From Octopus bimaculoides (lineage: Eukaryota): a stretch of 35,747 nt of DNA. The position numbers and the translations under genes are program-made. The notes beneath the pieces are model-generated. The model had not been told where the DNA came from. It saw only the letters and a program-made list of their open reading frames with translations, and made no database searches. Below, piece by piece: positions 32,989 to 35,747 of the stretch (positions are counted from its first letter, which is position 1; every line of letters begins with the position of its first letter). The DNA lies in the NCBI RefSeq assembly GCF_001194135.2, contig NC_068988.1, forward strand, positions 42,925,942-42,961,688, read 5' to 3'.

Positions 32989-33216
32989 TTGGGTTGTCCG
33001 GAAAGTTCGCGCAGATTTTTAAAGGAAAGAAAAAGGTCAATAAATAATTGCCATTACATTTTTAATCAACCAAATATGAACCATTTTGTTGCACAATGCG
33101 TCTCCATCTTTCCTTTAACTTGAAAATACCCTCTTCCCAGAATTGCGGTGGCTTCATGGCAAAAAAATCGAAAGGTAAACTACTATAAATCGGCACGAAC
33201 TTACCGGACAGTCGAA
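32989..33216 (-). mobile_element. mariner-derived MITE/deletion derivative (228 bp)
   Basis: Imperfect 30-bp TIRs TTGGGTTGTCCGGAAAGTTCGCGCAGATTT and AAATCGGCACGAACTTACCGGACAGTCGAA, TA on both flanks. The internal minus strand reads FFAMKPPQFWEEGIFKLKERWRRIVQQNGSYLVD* (mariner C-terminus). Confidence 0.88.
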
Positions 33217-33566
33217 TACATCGCAGTGCACTGAGACTTTACATTGATATTAGAAGGATAAGCGAAAGAATTACAGTCACCATTCGAATTTGACTAGTAG
33301 AATGAATGTTGGTTGAGGGGTTAATTTGCGGCGCCTCATAACGAAAAATGGGTAGGGGAGAACNNNNNNNNNNNNNNNNNNNNNNNNNNNNNNNNNNNNN
33401 NNNNNNNNNNNNNNNNNNNNNNNNNNNNNNNNNNNNNNNNNNNNNNNNNNNNNNNNNNNNNNNNNNNNNNNNNNNNNNNNNNNNNNNNNNNNNNNNNNNN
33501 NNNNNNNNNNNNNNNNNNNNNNNNNNNNNNNNNNNNNNNNNNNNNNNNNNNNNNNNNNNNNNNNNN

Positions 33567-33608
<42 letters not shown>

Positions 33609-33914
33609 ACACATATAAATATACAGACATACATACATATATTTATATACATATATATATACACACGCACATACATACATATATACACACATACATATGC
33701 AAGCACTCACGTGCTTACATAAGCATGACATTTACATAGAACTGTTTGGGGAGACGTCTACACCAAGTATGTTTTATTACATACTGACCTGTATATTCTT
33801 ATATACACGTAAGCAAGCTCACAGCAAACATCATCTGCAGACAAAAACTTGACAGACATAACTGGAACAACAATTGCAGCAACAAATAATACCAACAACA
33901 ACTAAAAAAAAAGT

Positions 33915-34110
33915 AATAATGGTTTGAAATATTGGCACAAGGCCAGCAGTTTCAGGGCAGAGGAATAGTCGATTATTTTGACCCCCAGGACTCAACTGGT
34001 ATTTATTCTATCGACCTCTAAAGGCTAAAAGACAAAGTCGACCTCAGCGGTATTTGAACTAAAAAAGTAAAGACAGATGAAATGCCGCTAAGAATTTTAT
34101 CCGGTGCTGT
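33915..34110 (-). mobile_element. SINE family B
   Basis: TTGGCACAAGGCCAGCAG...CAACTGGTATTTATTCTATCGACC...AAAGTCGACCTCAGCGGTATTTGAAC is the reverse complement of family B. Confidence 0.82.
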
Positions 34111-34468
34111 AATGTTTATTGTTATTATCGCTAAGTCACTCAGATATTGTCGCCCATTTTCCCCGAAACTTCCACTAATTTTGTGACTGAAAACTGCGGT
34201 AGTATTCCAGGAGACATTAAAACCCATTGTCTTCGATCCGCCGCTTCACTATACAGCGGCATCAACTCGAAGACATAACTAAACGGTTACCTATTGGATT
34301 TATTTCGAATTACATGACTGAACTATCAAGGGAGCCCTCTGTCATAGATCTTTTAAGTTTTAGGCTACTGAATCACTGCTCCGAAATCTGAAGATTCTGG
34401 GGGTAGTTTGAGGGAAATCTAGCGTAGACTGAAGCACCGGAAGGTGTCTGTCATGAAATCATATACAT

Positions 34469-34727
34469 CAGTAGTGTTTAACCATTTTTCCCCTATGGAA
34501 CCCTTGATTTCTGTTTCACTAGGATGGACTCTCATAACCGTTTGATTATATTTTTAAAATCAAATATTATTAGGAATTGTATTAAAAAATTGTTAAAATA
34601 TTTTGTGTAATTTCAGAAGTATAACCGATTTATTGCACTTAAATTTTAACGGAAAAATCTTATACGGACCTCACCAAGGGTCATATGGATCCCCAAAGGT
34701 CATGTGGACCAAAGTTGGGAACCATTA
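34469..34727. mobile_element. hAT MITE related to 31948-32194
   Basis: Similar termini (CAGTAGTGTTTAACC...CCTATGGAAC and TGGACC...GTTGGGAACCATT) and an AT-rich interior. Confidence 0.55.
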
Positions 34728-34737
34728 AACATTTTTT

Positions 34738-35113
34738 TCACTTCTTTCAATCATTTTGACTGTGGCCATGCTGCGGCATCAGCTTTTAGTTGAAGAAATC
34801 GACCCCTGGGCTTATTTCTTATGATCCTGGTACTTATTCTATCAGTCTCTTTTGCCGAACTGCTAAGTTACGGAGATGTTAACACACCAATATCAGTTGT
34901 CAAGCGATGATGGGAGACAAACACAGACACAAACACACAAATATATCCATACGACGGGCTTTCAGTTTTAATCTACTAAATACACTCATAAGGCTTTGGC
35001 TGGTCCCGAGGCTATAGTACAAGACACTTGCCCAAGGTGCCACACTGTGGGACTAAGTCCAGAACCATGTGGTTGGGAAGCAAGCTTCTTACCTCACAGC
35101 CACGCCTACGCCT
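34738..35113 (-). mobile_element. SINE family A, full-length
   Basis: Reverse complement of the head (ends CACAGCCACGCCTACGCC) and of the 3' half. Confidence 0.88.
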
Positions 35114-35640
35114 AGAGCTTTTAACCACACATTGCTATACAGTGATAATGGAGTAGTCGACATCACTAAAATGTTGGGCAAAGCGCCGTTGTAAAACCAC
35201 AAGCATTTTTCTGGAATTTTTTCTGGCTTTGTCACAATTTCGTTTTTCTCCCTGGGGTTATCGAACGGCTTTTGTCCCTTGCTACCTAAGAGGCTACGCT
35301 TTATCTATGTTAATCACGCGTTCGTGTTCTACGTGGACGGAAACAATCGATGAAAATAATGGTAGTAATGTTGATTTTATTGTTCTCGGTCTATTTAATT
35401 CTTTACATTGCGGGAAAAGAGTATTAAATTATTGTTGTTTTTCCTGTAGCAGTTGTTGAAAGTGTCTCGGGAGAAGCAACATTAAGACATGCTGAATTAC
35501 ATATGTGGAATTGTCTACACTGTTATATATGTGTAAGTATACATTAGTTTACATAAAAATATCTGTATTAGAGTCTAACCTAAGTGTGTATGGACATTGT
35601 AATATATTTCTCCCAAGAGACAGAGAATATATTTATACAA

Positions 35641-35672
35641 ACATACATACATACATACATACATACATACAT

Positions 35673-35747
<75 letters not shown>
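35641..35747. repeat. (TACA)n(CA)n compound microsatellite
   Basis: Directly visible. Confidence 0.98.

Noticed and set aside
3758-33567. Association of every N gap with a microsatellite
   Set aside because: This is an assembly artefact (short-read contigs break at simple repeats). Gap sizes are estimates, not biology.

Overview
AT-rich, microsatellite-dense eukaryotic genomic DNA with many N gaps. No clear host gene is visible, so the window is probably intergenic or intronic. The SINE repertoire looks like that of an octopus (coleoid cephalopod); this is an inference from remembered repeat types and was not searched. The window is a layered record of transposable elements. It holds two tRNA-headed SINE families (called A and B here; about 9 copies each, including a tandem array at 12.4-13.6 kb) and a third short repeat family (C). 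DNA transposons include a full-length but inactivated DD34D mariner (21591-22870), an internally deleted DD37D/maT-type element (15538-16541), a pogo/POGK-like transposase remnant (about 8.0-9.0 kb) and several mariner and hAT derivatives. Retroelement fossils include CR1-like RT, Gypsy RT/RNaseH and RLE-type (R4/Dong-like) LINE ends at microsatellites. The features least explained by known families are a GC-rich, unclassified element at about 750-1790 with an uninterrupted 190-codon ORF and structured ends, and a near-perfect 272-bp fold-back palindrome centred on a (CTA)n/(TAG)n repeat at 23062-23333. Most ORFs in the supplied track are artefacts of microsatellites or N gaps, or are antisense shadows of TE genes.
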